Below are positions 24,988 through 34,502 of a DNA stretch of 64,000 nt, piece after piece. Positions within the stretch are counted from its first letter, which is position 1; every line of letters starts with the position of its first letter. A model generated the notes under the pieces. The model had not been told where the DNA came from and ran no database searches. It worked only from the letters and a program-made list of their open reading frames with translations. Source of the DNA: Candidatus Fermentithermobacillaceae bacterium (GTDB lineage Bacteria > Bacillota > Sulfobacillia > Fermentithermobacillales > Fermentithermobacillaceae); contig DULO01000114.1 of assembly GCA_012840345.1 (NCBI GenBank), forward strand, positions 2,192 to 66,191, written 5' to 3'. The translations under genes were made by a program, and so were the position numbers.

Positions 24988-25897
24988 GCCGGGACTTAAG
25001 AGCGGCGGCTTTTTCGATGTCTTCCTTGGCGGCTTTCGCGGCCGAGAGCACTGCCAGACTCATGACCTCAGGGTCGGGTTCCGCGTCTTTCTTTTGGTAG
25101 GCGAAGATTATGCTTCGAGACGCGGACACTATGGCGCCAGTGCCTCCCGGGTTGAACGCTTCCACCACATCGCCGGCGGTCCCGCCCTGCGCGCCGTATC
25201 CCGGTACCAGAAAAACAGTTCGCGGCATGAGCTTCCTGAGGATACCCAGCTCCTGTGGGTATGTGGCTCCGCATACAGCGCCGATGTTGGAGTACCCGCA
25301 CTCTCCCACGTTGTGAGCTCCGGCCTCATCCACCGCTTCGGCCACTTTGGAGTAAAGCGTCCTGCCGTCGGACATGAGCGCGTCCTGGAAAGCGCCCGAA
25401 CCGGGGTTTGAGGTTTTGACCAGGACGAACAATCCCGTTTCCGACGAGTTCGCGGCTTGAATGAAGGGCTCCAGCGTGTCGGGCCCCAGGTAAGGATTGA
25501 CCGTAAGCGCGTCTACGCGCAGCCAGGCATTTGGTCCAAGGTAAGCTTCGGCGTACGCGTGGGCCGTGTTTCCGATGTCTCCTCGTTTGGCGTCAAAGAT
25601 TACCGGGATGCCCCGCGACCGGGCCCCGTCAACCAGCCGCTTAAGGACCTCCAACCCCGGGATCCCCATGCTCTCGAAAAACGCGGCTTGGGGCTTAACG
25701 GCGCAGGCGGTTTCCGCCGCCGCCTCCAAAGCCATGAAACAGAACTTCTCGAGGATGTACGACATGTCCCGGCGCGGGAACGCTTTTAGCAGAAGAGAAT
25801 CGTGCCCAAAGAGGCGCCGCGGGTCCGGGTCAACGCCGATCACGAGATGGGAATTTAGGCGCGTTACGCGCTCATGGAGCCTGTCCGCGAAATGCAT
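24971..25897 (-). CDS. pyrF: orotidine-5'-phosphate decarboxylase, type 2
   Basis: VIGVDPDP, KPQAAFFE, VIFDAKRGDIGNTA. Start set at ATG 25897, preceded by AAGGAGGGG; the ORF opens at 25942. Confidence 0.85.
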   Translation of the reverse strand: MHFADRLHERVTRLNSHLVIGVDPDPRRLFGHDSLLLKAFPRRDMSYILEKFCFMALEAAAETACAVKPQAAFFESMGIPGLEVLKRLVDGARSRGIPVIFDAKRGDIGNTAHAYAEAYLGPNAWLRVDALTVNPYLGPDTLEPFIQAANSSETGLFVLVKTSNPGSGAFQDALMSDGRTLYSKVAEAVDEAGAHNVGECGYSNIGAVCGATYPQELGILRKLMPRTVFLVPGYGAQGGTAGDVVEAFNPGGTGAIVSASRSIIFAYQKKDAEPDPEVMSLAVLSAAKAAKEDIEKAAALKSRLNTST

Positions 25898-26030
25898 GGG
25901 GTCCCCTCCTTGTTGTCGGTAAGCCCAGGAGTGCTTCATCACAGAAGGAATAGAGCCTATCCTGAGGAAAAGTATATTCTCTTGTAAGTCCCAGCGAAAG
26001 GCAAAAAAGAATCACGGGTGGCGAAGACCA

Positions 26031-27053
26031 TTGTTAATCTTAGGGATCGACACTTCCTGCGACGACACCTCGGTAGCCGTGGTGAAAGACGGGAAAACGG
26101 TCCTTTCCAACGTGGTATCATCCCAGGTGAACCTCCATGCCAAGTACGGCGGCGTGGTGCCTGAGATCGCCTCAAGGAGGCACCTGGAAACCATTTCGAC
26201 AGCCTTATCGGAAGCGCTCTCGCGATCGGGCGTTACTCTTAAGGACTTAGATTGCGTGGCGGTAACCAACGGTCCAGGTCTTTTGGGAGCCCTTTTGGTC
26301 GGAGTATCCTTCGCCAAGAGCTTGGCTTTGGGCCTTGGAGTGCCCGTCATCGGCGTCCAACACCTTGAAGGGCACATTATGGCCAACTTCCTGCGTCCGG
26401 ACTGGCCCCCGTTTCCCCTCCTAAACCTGGTGGTTTCAGGAGGCCATTCCGACCTCATCCTCCTTGAGAAGTCGGGAGTCTACGAGATCTTGGGAGAGAC
26501 GAGGGACGACGCGGCAGGCGAGGTGTTTGACAAGGTCGCCAGGGAGCTGGGGCTGCCGTTTCCGGGCGGTCCCTACCTGGATAAAGTCGCCGAGGAAGGA
26601 GACCCTCAGGCTTTCCGGTTCCCCCATCCAAAGCTGGAGGGGAGGCAGACCGACTACAGCTTCAGCGGGCTCAAGACAAGGGCGTTGCAGGAGTACCGGG
26701 CATGCGGGAACCTTGAGGAGCGCGTCCCCGACTTGGCGGCCAGCTTTCGAAGCGCGGTGGTCAGGGAACTCCTGTACCACGTGCCTTCTCTGTTGAGAGA
26801 ATCCGGGGCGAAAGCCTTTGCCGTATGCGGAGGGGTCGCCGCCAACAGCCTCTTGCGCAAGGAAGCGGCGAAACTGGCGCGGCGCGTGGGGGTGCCCTTG
26901 TTCATTCCTCCGAAAGAGTTGTGTACCGACAATGGGGCCATGATAGCCGCGGCCGCCTTCCACCGCCTTTTGGCCGGGAAAGTGGATGGCCCTGAGCTGA
27001 GCGCCGAATCAGACCTGCCGCTTACATCTTGGGCCGCGAAAGGTGGACAGTAG
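26031..27053 (+). CDS. tsaD: tRNA N6-adenosine threonylcarbamoyltransferase
   Basis: ILGIDTSCDDTSVAVV, QHLEGHI, VSGGHS, GGVAANSLLR. Confidence 0.92.
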   Translation: MLILGIDTSCDDTSVAVVKDGKTVLSNVVSSQVNLHAKYGGVVPEIASRRHLETISTALSEALSRSGVTLKDLDCVAVTNGPGLLGALLVGVSFAKSLALGLGVPVIGVQHLEGHIMANFLRPDWPPFPLLNLVVSGGHSDLILLEKSGVYEILGETRDDAAGEVFDKVARELGLPFPGGPYLDKVAEEGDPQAFRFPHPKLEGRQTDYSFSGLKTRALQEYRACGNLEERVPDLAASFRSAVVRELLYHVPSLLRESGAKAFAVCGGVAANSLLRKEAAKLARRVGVPLFIPPKELCTDNGAMIAAAAFHRLLAGKVDGPELSAESDLPLTSWAAKGGQ

Positions 27054-28410
27054 GAACTTGACGTCTTCGGACCGGGAACTCAGCGAAAGACCCTCTATGG
27101 AGGCCCTCTTGTACCAGGCTCTGAAGGAGGGCGTCCTGCCCATAACGTCTGTGTGCAACATGGGATGCGTGTTCTGTTCTAACCGCTACAACCCTAAGTC
27201 TTGTGAAGTGTTTTCCATCGGTCCGAGGGACCTGGAAGACATTGAGGAGACCATCCCGTGGTTGCAAGGAGCACCAGGCGCCATCGTCATCGGCGAGTCT
27301 GTCACCAGGATTAACGAAGGGGAGCCCCTTACGCACCCTCATTTCATGACCATCGTGGAAAAAGTGAGGGATGCCTATCCGGAAAAACCTATCCGCGTGA
27401 CAACCAACGCGTCCCTTCTAAGTCCCGAGAAGTCTCGCAGGCTGGCTTCTCTGGGTGTGGAACTCATCATCTCCCTGAATACCGTCGGGAAACGGAAAGA
27501 GGTCATGGCCGATCCCGAACCCGAGGTGACTCTCAGGAACGTAAGCGCGCTTAACGGAGTCATCAAACTTGAGGGAAGCATCGTCGCCCTTCCGTTCGTT
27601 ACGGGCTGGGATGACCTCCGGGAGACGTGCCGCTTTCTAAAGGATTCGGGCGCTATCTCGATCCGTCTCTTGGCTCCGGGTTTTTCCGCCGCCCACCCCC
27701 TTTTCAAGGAGATGCCCAGCTCAACTTGGGAAGAGTGCAGGCGCTTCGCCGGAGAAATGACCCGGGCACTCGGGATCCCCGTCTTGTTCGAGCCTCCCGT
27801 GCTGCGGGATTTGTGCGCGCGGGTGGAGGCTGTAATGGAGGGCACTCCGGCTAAAGCCGCCGGCATGCGGGCAGGAGACATCATCACTAGGGTAGCCGGG
27901 ATCCAGGTGGATTCGAGGAAAGACGCGTTTGAGTTGGCGCGGGAACGGGAGAATCCCAAGATCACGCTGCTCCGGGATGGCGGTCAGATCGAAGTGGCTT
28001 TGGCCAAGCCCAGGAGGACCTCGCCCGGGTTTGTAGTGTACGAAGACCTTGACCTGCGCGCGTTCTCTGCGTGGGCCGCGCGAGCGGGTTTCGGGCGCAA
28101 GGCGCCGCCCCTCATCTTGACATCATCCCTGGCCAGGCCGTTGATTTCTGCGGCTTTGGAGAGCCGCGGACTGGAAGCCCAGGTGGTAACGGTCAGGAGC
28201 AGGTACTTTGGGGGCAACATACAGGCCGGGGGACTCCTGACGGTGGGCGATTTTCTGGCGGCGTACAACAACGCGTTAAGAGACCTGAAACCGCCTTCTA
28301 CCGTCACTTTGCCCAAGAGGGCGTTTGATGCCTGGGGCAGGGATCTTGAGGGAGTAAGCTACAAGCGTTTCACAGAAGAGACGGGCTGTCAGGTCGTGTT
28401 GGCTGGATAG
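27043..28410 (+). CDS. radical SAM protein with an internal PDZ-like domain and a DUF512-like C-terminus
   Basis: CNMGCVFC (CxxxCxxC) near the N-terminus; GTPAKAAGMRAGDIITRVAG at about residue 270; C-terminal RSRYFGGNIQAGGLLTVGD. Confidence 0.7.
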   Translation: MDSRNLTSSDRELSERPSMEALLYQALKEGVLPITSVCNMGCVFCSNRYNPKSCEVFSIGPRDLEDIEETIPWLQGAPGAIVIGESVTRINEGEPLTHPHFMTIVEKVRDAYPEKPIRVTTNASLLSPEKSRRLASLGVELIISLNTVGKRKEVMADPEPEVTLRNVSALNGVIKLEGSIVALPFVTGWDDLRETCRFLKDSGAISIRLLAPGFSAAHPLFKEMPSSTWEECRRFAGEMTRALGIPVLFEPPVLRDLCARVEAVMEGTPAKAAGMRAGDIITRVAGIQVDSRKDAFELARERENPKITLLRDGGQIEVALAKPRRTSPGFVVYEDLDLRAFSAWAARAGFGRKAPPLILTSSLARPLISAALESRGLEAQVVTVRSRYFGGNIQAGGLLTVGDFLAAYNNALRDLKPPSTVTLPKRAFDAWGRDLEGVSYKRFTEETGCQVVLAG

Positions 28411-28485
28411 TCCGAGGGCAGGATTTTCCAGCCGGGTTAAAGAATACCCCGATCCGTTAGAGAGGACGGTTTCTGGGTACAGGAG

Positions 28486-29559
28486 GTGTCAAATCTGAGC
28501 TTCAACGTAAAAGAGTTCTTGAAAAAAGCATCCATGGCTTACGGCGTTTCGGGACACGAGTTTTACAACGCCGCTTCCGTCGTGGAAGAGGCGATGACAG
28601 GGCTAGTCGATGAGATCCGCCGCGACCCTCTTCACAACATCATCGGGTACAGGAAGGGTGACGGCGAGGGCCATCGTCCCAAGGTCATGCTGGCCGGACA
28701 CATGGACGAGATCGGGCTCCTGGTAAAGAAAATCGAGGAGCGAGGGTTCCTCAGGGTTACGGGAATCGGAGTGGATCCCAGGGTTCTTCCGGGACATGAA
28801 GTCATCGTGTACGGAAGGCGCCCTTTGACCGGGCTGGTCGGCGTCAAACCTCCGCACCTGATAGCTCCCGAGAACGCCATGAAGGCCCAGAAGATGGAAG
28901 ACCTGTTCATCGACCTTGGATTGCCGGAGGAAGAGGTCCGGAAGCTGGTCCGGGTAGGCGACGTGGTCACCTACAAGCGCCAGGTAACCGAACTTCAGGG
29001 CGACGTCTTGTCGGGCAAGTCAATGGACGACAGGGCAGGAGTCGGGGTAATCCTTGTTTGCCTTGACGAACTCAGGAAGTACAAGGTACCGGCGGACGTT
29101 TACGGAGTAGCCACCACTCAAGAGGAAGTCGGGCTAAGGGGCGCGACGGTGGCTACGTACGGGATCAAGCCGGACATCGGTATCGCTATCGACGTCTGCC
29201 ACGCCGAGACACCAGGAGTGCCCGAGTGGAGGACATCCCAGTTGGGCAAGGGCCCCGCGATAGCGACGGGCGGGAACATCCACCCGAAGGTGTTCCAAGG
29301 GCTCAAAAAGGCAGCGGAAGAGCTGGGCATACCCGTCCAGACCGAAGTGGCTCCCGGACCGACAGGGACGGACGCTTGGGCCATGCAGGTTTCGGGCGAA
29401 GGCGTAGCTACCGGGCTGGTTTCCATACCGCTCAGGTACATGCACACTTCCGTCGAGACCCTATCTGTTGGAGACGTGGAGAAAGCCGGCCGGCTCCTGG
29501 CCAAGTTCATCGCCGCTTGCGATGAGGCTTTCGTAAAGGAGTTGACAACATGGAACTGA
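28486..29559 (+). CDS. M42-family aminopeptidase (TET/FrvX/YsdC-like), paralog 1
   Basis: AGHMDEIGLLV, MDDRAGVGV, TTQEEVGLRGA, LRYMHTSVE. Start uncertain: AGGAGG overlaps GTG 28486, and CTG 28495 or TTG 28519 are alternatives. Confidence 0.8.
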   Translation: MSNLSFNVKEFLKKASMAYGVSGHEFYNAASVVEEAMTGLVDEIRRDPLHNIIGYRKGDGEGHRPKVMLAGHMDEIGLLVKKIEERGFLRVTGIGVDPRVLPGHEVIVYGRRPLTGLVGVKPPHLIAPENAMKAQKMEDLFIDLGLPEEEVRKLVRVGDVVTYKRQVTELQGDVLSGKSMDDRAGVGVILVCLDELRKYKVPADVYGVATTQEEVGLRGATVATYGIKPDIGIAIDVCHAETPGVPEWRTSQLGKGPAIATGGNIHPKVFQGLKKAAEELGIPVQTEVAPGPTGTDAWAMQVSGEGVATGLVSIPLRYMHTSVETLSVGDVEKAGRLLAKFIAACDEAFVKELTTWN

Positions 29560-30566
29560 GGGAGCTTACCTCCTTGGTCGGGGTCTCCGGCAACGAGGAC
29601 GAAGTCAGACGGGCCATAATGCGGGAACTGGAAGCCATGGGAGTCTCCTACGAGACGGATACGATGGGCAACATCATCGCCCGCAAGGGAGACAAGGGCC
29701 CGAGGCTTATGGTCGATGCCCACATGGATGAAGTCGGGCTCATCATAGTGCATATCGAGAAGAGCGGTTTCCTCAGGTTCTATCCCATTGGGGTCCCCGC
29801 GGCCGTGCTGCCTTCCAAGAGAGTGCTGGTGGGCAAAGACAAGGTTCCGGGAGTAATCGGGGCCAAGGCAATCCATCTGCAGGAACGCAGAGAACGGGAT
29901 TCGGTCATTCCCGTGGACCAACTCACCATAGACATCGGCGCTAAGTCCAAAGAAGAGGCCGAGCGCAAGGTCAAAGTCGGGGATTACGCGGTCTTCGACA
30001 CCGAGTACGAAGAGCTTTCGCCCGGCATCATCAAGGCGAAAGCCCTGGACGACCGGGTGGGCTGCGCACTGCTCCTGGAGCTTCTCAAAGAACCGTGGGA
30101 GAACGTTCAGGTCTACGCCGTGTTCTCAACCCAAGAGGAGCTTGGTATCCGGGGAGCCAAAGTGGCGTCTTACAGGGTCAATCCCGATATGGGGATCGCC
30201 CTGGAAGGCACCGTATGCGCCGATATCCCCGGGACCGACCCTGAAGGTTATGCCACGCAGATCGGCAAGGGAGCGGTCTTGTCGGTGATGGACCGCGGCA
30301 CCATAACCCACAAGGGGATGTTGAACCAGCTCGTCAAACTCGCCACTGAGAACCAAATACCGTTCCAGTACAGGGAGGCTACCTCCGGAGGCAACGACGC
30401 CATGGCGATTCACCAGGCCAGGGCGGGATGCCCTGTGGCGGCCATTTCTGTGCCGTGCCGGTACATACACTCGCCCTTCTCGGTTATGTCTATGGCCGAT
30501 TTTGAAGCCGCGAGGAAGCTGTTGATAGCCTTCGTGAAGAGCGTTGAAGGAGGTTTCAGGCCGTGA
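29550..30566 (+). CDS. M42-family aminopeptidase, paralog 2
   Basis: DAHMDEVGLII, LDDRVGCAL, STQEELGIRGA, CRYIHSPFS. Confidence 0.8.
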   Translation: MELRELTSLVGVSGNEDEVRRAIMRELEAMGVSYETDTMGNIIARKGDKGPRLMVDAHMDEVGLIIVHIEKSGFLRFYPIGVPAAVLPSKRVLVGKDKVPGVIGAKAIHLQERRERDSVIPVDQLTIDIGAKSKEEAERKVKVGDYAVFDTEYEELSPGIIKAKALDDRVGCALLLELLKEPWENVQVYAVFSTQEELGIRGAKVASYRVNPDMGIALEGTVCADIPGTDPEGYATQIGKGAVLSVMDRGTITHKGMLNQLVKLATENQIPFQYREATSGGNDAMAIHQARAGCPVAAISVPCRYIHSPFSVMSMADFEAARKLLIAFVKSVEGGFRP

Positions 30567-31555
30567 AGACCCTGTTGACCAAACTTACCGAGGCCTACGG
30601 ACCTTCGGGTTCAGAGGGCCCTGTCAGAGAACTTATACGGAAAGAAGTCGAGCCCTACGTAGACGAGATCAGGGTTGACGCTTTGGGGAACCTGATCTGC
30701 CTAAAGAAGGGCACCGGAGGCAAGAAAGTCCTTCTGGACGCCCACATGGACGAGATCGGGCTCATGGTTACCCATATAGACAAGGACGGCTTCTTGCGCT
30801 ACGGGACCATAGGCGGGGTTAACCCGTTCATCTCGTTGGGGCAGAGAGTCTACTTTGAGAACGGTACTTTCGGAGTTATCGGTTCTGAGAGAGTGGACGA
30901 CCCCAAGGACCTGAAGACCGAGAAACTCTTCGTCGATATCGGCGCCAAGAACAAGGAAGAAGCTTCCGCCAAGGTCAAGGTTGGGGACAGCGCCGCCTTC
31001 TTCCAGCCGGCGGTGTGCCTCGGCTCCCGCTTTGTGGCCAAAGCCCTTGACGACAGGGCGGCATGCGCAGTCTTGATCGAAACCCTAAAGCGGGTCGGGG
31101 AAACGGCCCACGATATCTACGCGGTGTTCGCGACTCAAGAAGAAGTGGGGCTCCGGGGAGCACGTGTGGCTGCCTTCGGTATAGAGCCCGACGTGGGCAT
31201 AGCGATTGATGTTACACGCACCGGCGACACTCCCAAGAGCATCACCATGGACGTTTCCTTGGGGGCCGGCGCCGCCATCAAGGTCAAAGACTCGAGCCTT
31301 ATCTGCACTCCGGCGCTCCGGGATTACATGGTCAAGATGGCCCAGGAAAAAGGCATAAGGTACCAGATGGAGGTGCTTGAGGCGGGAGGAACCGACTCAG
31401 GCGCCATCCAGATGACCAAGGCGGGTATCCCCGCGGGCGTCATTTCGATCCCGTGCAGGTACATCCACAGCCCATGCGAGATGGTAGACCTGGACGACGT
31501 GGAGGAGTGTGTGAAGCTCACCGTCGCGTTGTGCCAAAGCCCGTTGGAGTTCTAG
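30563..31555 (+). CDS. M42-family aminopeptidase, paralog 3
   Basis: DAHMDEIGLMV, LDDRAACAV, ATQEEVGLRGA, CRYIHSPCE. Confidence 0.8.
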   Translation: MKTLLTKLTEAYGPSGSEGPVRELIRKEVEPYVDEIRVDALGNLICLKKGTGGKKVLLDAHMDEIGLMVTHIDKDGFLRYGTIGGVNPFISLGQRVYFENGTFGVIGSERVDDPKDLKTEKLFVDIGAKNKEEASAKVKVGDSAAFFQPAVCLGSRFVAKALDDRAACAVLIETLKRVGETAHDIYAVFATQEEVGLRGARVAAFGIEPDVGIAIDVTRTGDTPKSITMDVSLGAGAAIKVKDSSLICTPALRDYMVKMAQEKGIRYQMEVLEAGGTDSGAIQMTKAGIPAGVISIPCRYIHSPCEMVDLDDVEECVKLTVALCQSPLEF

Positions 31556-31567
31556 GATCCGTCAAAC

Positions 31568-31621
31568 ATCGCCCATCTGTCCGGACAATGAGGAAGTTAT
31601 CTGCCCAGATAGATGGGCGAT
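31568..31621 (+). other. long-stem hairpin between the M42 genes and tldD
   Basis: ATCGCCCATCTGTC (31568-31581) pairs with GATAGATGGGCGAT (31608-31621), including one G-U pair, around a 26-nt loop. No U-tract. Confidence 0.4.
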
Positions 31622-31656
31622 CTGATCCCAAAACCCGTCACAAAGGAGGTCGGGCC

Positions 31657-33093
31657 TTGATCATAGAGCTGGAAAAGGCATTGGGGCTTGCTCAGAAACT
31701 GGGGGCCGAGTACGCCGACGCCCGATACGTCACGATAACCCAGGCGCCGGTCAGCGTTTCCAGCGACGGCGCCCCCAAAGCGGCCCACTACAAGAGTTCG
31801 GGGTTGGGTTTGCGAGTACTCGTTGACGGAGCGTGGGGGTTCGCCGCCACACCGTATTTGGATCCGCGCAGCATAGAGAAAGTGGCCGACGAGGCCGTGA
31901 GAATAGCCGCCGCGTCGGCCCGGCACAAGCGCGGCGACGGGGTATCCCTGTCTCCCTTGCCGCCCATCCGCGCCAAGAGGCAGACTCCCCACAAGAAAGA
32001 CCCCCTTCTGGTAAAGGCAGAGGACAAGGTCCGCCTCTTGAAAGAGGTTCTGGACAGGGCGAAAAAAGTGCCGGGAGTGACCCGGGCGAGCGCCTCCATA
32101 ATGAGCTACAAGGAAGAGAAGGAGTTCATGTCCACTGACGGGAGGCGCGTTGAACAAACTTCCATTCACACAGGCGCCTCTCTGACGGTCATGGCTAGGG
32201 GAACCGGGGATGTCCAATCCCGTTCCTTTTCCGACTACCAAGACGCCGGGTACGAGTTTGTGGAAAGCCTGGATCTGGCGCAAAAAGCCGAGACCCTGGG
32301 CGAAGAGGCCGTAGCGTTACTGAAAGCCCCGGTGTGTCCGCAAGGAGTCACGGACCTGGTCATGGGCGGCCAAATGGTTGCCCTTCAAATACACGAGTCC
32401 TGCGGGCACCCCGTGGAGCTTGACCGCGTGCTTGGGCAGGAAGCGACTTTCGCCGGCACATCGTTCTTGACTACCGACAAGAAGGGGAATTACCGCTACG
32501 GTTCTCCGTGCGTGAATATCGTCGCCGACGCCACCGCTCCGGGCGGACTTGGCACTTTCGGCTTCGATGACGAAGGGGTAGAAGCCCAACGCGTCGACCT
32601 GGTGTCCGAAGGGGTGTTCGTGGATTACCTTACGTCGAGGGAGCTGGCGCCCAGGTTGGGGCAGGAATCCAACGGCACCATGCGGGCCGTGGGGTGGAAC
32701 AACATACCGCTCGTCCGCATGACCAACATCAACCTGGAGCCGGGGGATTGGACCCTCAAGGAGATCATCAAAGACACAAAGGAAGGCGTGTTTGTAGAGA
32801 CGCCCAAGAGCTGGAGCCTGGATGATAAGCGCCTGAACTTCCATTTCGGTCAGGAAATCGCTTACGAGATCAAAGACGGTTCGTTAGGCAAGATGCTCAA
32901 GAACCCTGCCTATACAGGAGTAACCCCTGAGTTCTGGGGTTCGTGCGACGCGGTCGCCGGCAAGGAGAAAGAAGAATGGCATATTTGGGGGACGCCCGGC
33001 TGCGCCAAGGGCGAGCCCGTACAGGTAATCCACGTGGGGCACGGTGCCGCGCCCGCCCGTTTTAGGAAAGTAAGGGTAGGTGTTGGGGAGTGA
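31657..33093 (+). CDS. tldD: metalloprotease TldD (peptidase U62)
   Basis: IHESCGHPVELD (HExxxH of TldD). Start set at TTG 31657, 7 nt after AAAGGAGG. The annotated ORF start at 31453 would overlap the preceding gene by about 100 nt. Confidence 0.85.
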   Translation: MIIELEKALGLAQKLGAEYADARYVTITQAPVSVSSDGAPKAAHYKSSGLGLRVLVDGAWGFAATPYLDPRSIEKVADEAVRIAAASARHKRGDGVSLSPLPPIRAKRQTPHKKDPLLVKAEDKVRLLKEVLDRAKKVPGVTRASASIMSYKEEKEFMSTDGRRVEQTSIHTGASLTVMARGTGDVQSRSFSDYQDAGYEFVESLDLAQKAETLGEEAVALLKAPVCPQGVTDLVMGGQMVALQIHESCGHPVELDRVLGQEATFAGTSFLTTDKKGNYRYGSPCVNIVADATAPGGLGTFGFDDEGVEAQRVDLVSEGVFVDYLTSRELAPRLGQESNGTMRAVGWNNIPLVRMTNINLEPGDWTLKEIIKDTKEGVFVETPKSWSLDDKRLNFHFGQEIAYEIKDGSLGKMLKNPAYTGVTPEFWGSCDAVAGKEKEEWHIWGTPGCAKGEPVQVIHVGHGAAPARFRKVRVGVGE

Positions 33094-34433
33094 TAGGCAA
33101 GGAAGACGTCGTGAAAGTCTTGGAGAAGGCCGTTTCGCTGGCCAAGGGATTTGACCTTGAAGTCTCTCTCAACGCCGAGGATTTGAGCCTTACCCGCTTC
33201 TACGAGAACCACATTCACCAGAACCTAAGGCGTCAAGATCATGTGTTGACGGTGAGGGTGATAAAGGACAGGAAGATAGGGGTAGCTCAAGCCAACCTGC
33301 TGGATGACGGTTCCCTCCGGTCGGCTGTCATGTCGGCTTTGGAGAACGCGGAGGTGGCCGGAGAAGAAGAGGATTTTCCCGGGCTCCCCAAACCTCAGGA
33401 GATCAAAGAGATGGCTTCTTACGTACCGGCCACCGCTTCGTACAGACCCGCGGACAGGGCGGAAGCCTGCGGCATTGTCATATCCATGGCGAAGGCCAAG
33501 GGCCTAGAGGCGGCGGGAAGCTTTGCTACCGTTGCCCGTGAGACGGCCGTGGCCAACACTCTGGGAGTACGGGCGTACCACGCGTCCACGGAAGCGTTCT
33601 TCCGGTGCATAGTCCAGTCGGGGCCAAACACCGGTTACGCTGACCGGCTTACAAGGGACGTAAGGGAAATCACCTTTGAGGATGTGGCCAGGGAAGCCAT
33701 AGAAAAGGCCACCCTGTATCCCGACGCCAAGGACCTTCCTCCCGGGAGGTACGACACGATCTTCCTCGAGTACGCTTTAGCCGACCTGATCCGGTTCCTT
33801 GGCATGTACTCCTTTGGAGCCGAAGCCAAGCAGCAAGGCCGGAGCTTCATGGCAAGCCGGATGGGACAAAAGGTCATGGGCGGCAACATAACCATATGGG
33901 ACGATGGGTTGGATGGGCGAGGCTTGGCCGTGCCCTTTGATTCCGAGGGCGTGCCCAAGAAGAAAGTCGTCCTCATAGACAAAGGAGTTGCCGCCGGGGT
34001 CGTGTACGACTCAAGGACAGCGGCCAAAGACGGCGTCAAAAGCACCGGCCACGCCGGGCCGTCCGAAGGCCGTTTCGGCCCCTTGCCCGGGAATATGTTC
34101 TTAGCGGAAGGCGAGTCTACTTTGGATGAGATGATCGCGAACACCTCCCGGGGACTTTTGGTGACTAGGTTCCACTACACTCACTGTCCCGAACCGGTGC
34201 GTGTGATAGCCACCGGCACGACCAGGGACGGCACTTTCTTGATCGAGGGCGGCCGCATCGTGGCCAGAGTCAAGAACCTGCGCTTTACAGAATCCATGGT
34301 CGAAGCTTTCAGCCGCGTGGAATCCATATCCAAGTCATCCCGACTTACCAGAGACTGGTGGGGCACCTTCAGCTCGGTGCTTCCCGCGGTGAAAATCAAG
34401 GAGTTTACGTTTACCGGAGCCACGTCGTTCTAG
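33090..34433 (+). CDS. pmbA: TldE/PmbA partner protein (U62 family, no HExxxH)
   Basis: U62-like length and C-terminal blocks (LLVTRFHYTH, TGTTRDGTFLIEGG). 4-nt overlap with tldD. Confidence 0.8.
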   Translation: MIGKEDVVKVLEKAVSLAKGFDLEVSLNAEDLSLTRFYENHIHQNLRRQDHVLTVRVIKDRKIGVAQANLLDDGSLRSAVMSALENAEVAGEEEDFPGLPKPQEIKEMASYVPATASYRPADRAEACGIVISMAKAKGLEAAGSFATVARETAVANTLGVRAYHASTEAFFRCIVQSGPNTGYADRLTRDVREITFEDVAREAIEKATLYPDAKDLPPGRYDTIFLEYALADLIRFLGMYSFGAEAKQQGRSFMASRMGQKVMGGNITIWDDGLDGRGLAVPFDSEGVPKKKVVLIDKGVAAGVVYDSRTAAKDGVKSTGHAGPSEGRFGPLPGNMFLAEGESTLDEMIANTSRGLLVTRFHYTHCPEPVRVIATGTTRDGTFLIEGGRIVARVKNLRFTESMVEAFSRVESISKSSRLTRDWWGTFSSVLPAVKIKEFTFTGATSF

Positions 34434-34468
34434 GTACCGTGAGTATCCTAGAACCGTTACGAAAGATG

Positions 34469-34502
34469 CCCCCGGAGCACACTAGTGTCCGGGGGTGTTT
34501 TC
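34469..34502 (+). terminator. rho-independent terminator after pmbA
   Basis: CCCCCGGA-11 nt-TCCGGGGG followed by TGTTTTC. Confidence 0.7.

Noticed and set aside
31453-31656. N-terminal extension of tldD overlapping the third M42 gene by about 100 nt
   Set aside because: The extension is basic and low-complexity. A TTG with a strong AAAGGAGG RBS at 31657 gives the normal TldD N-terminus.
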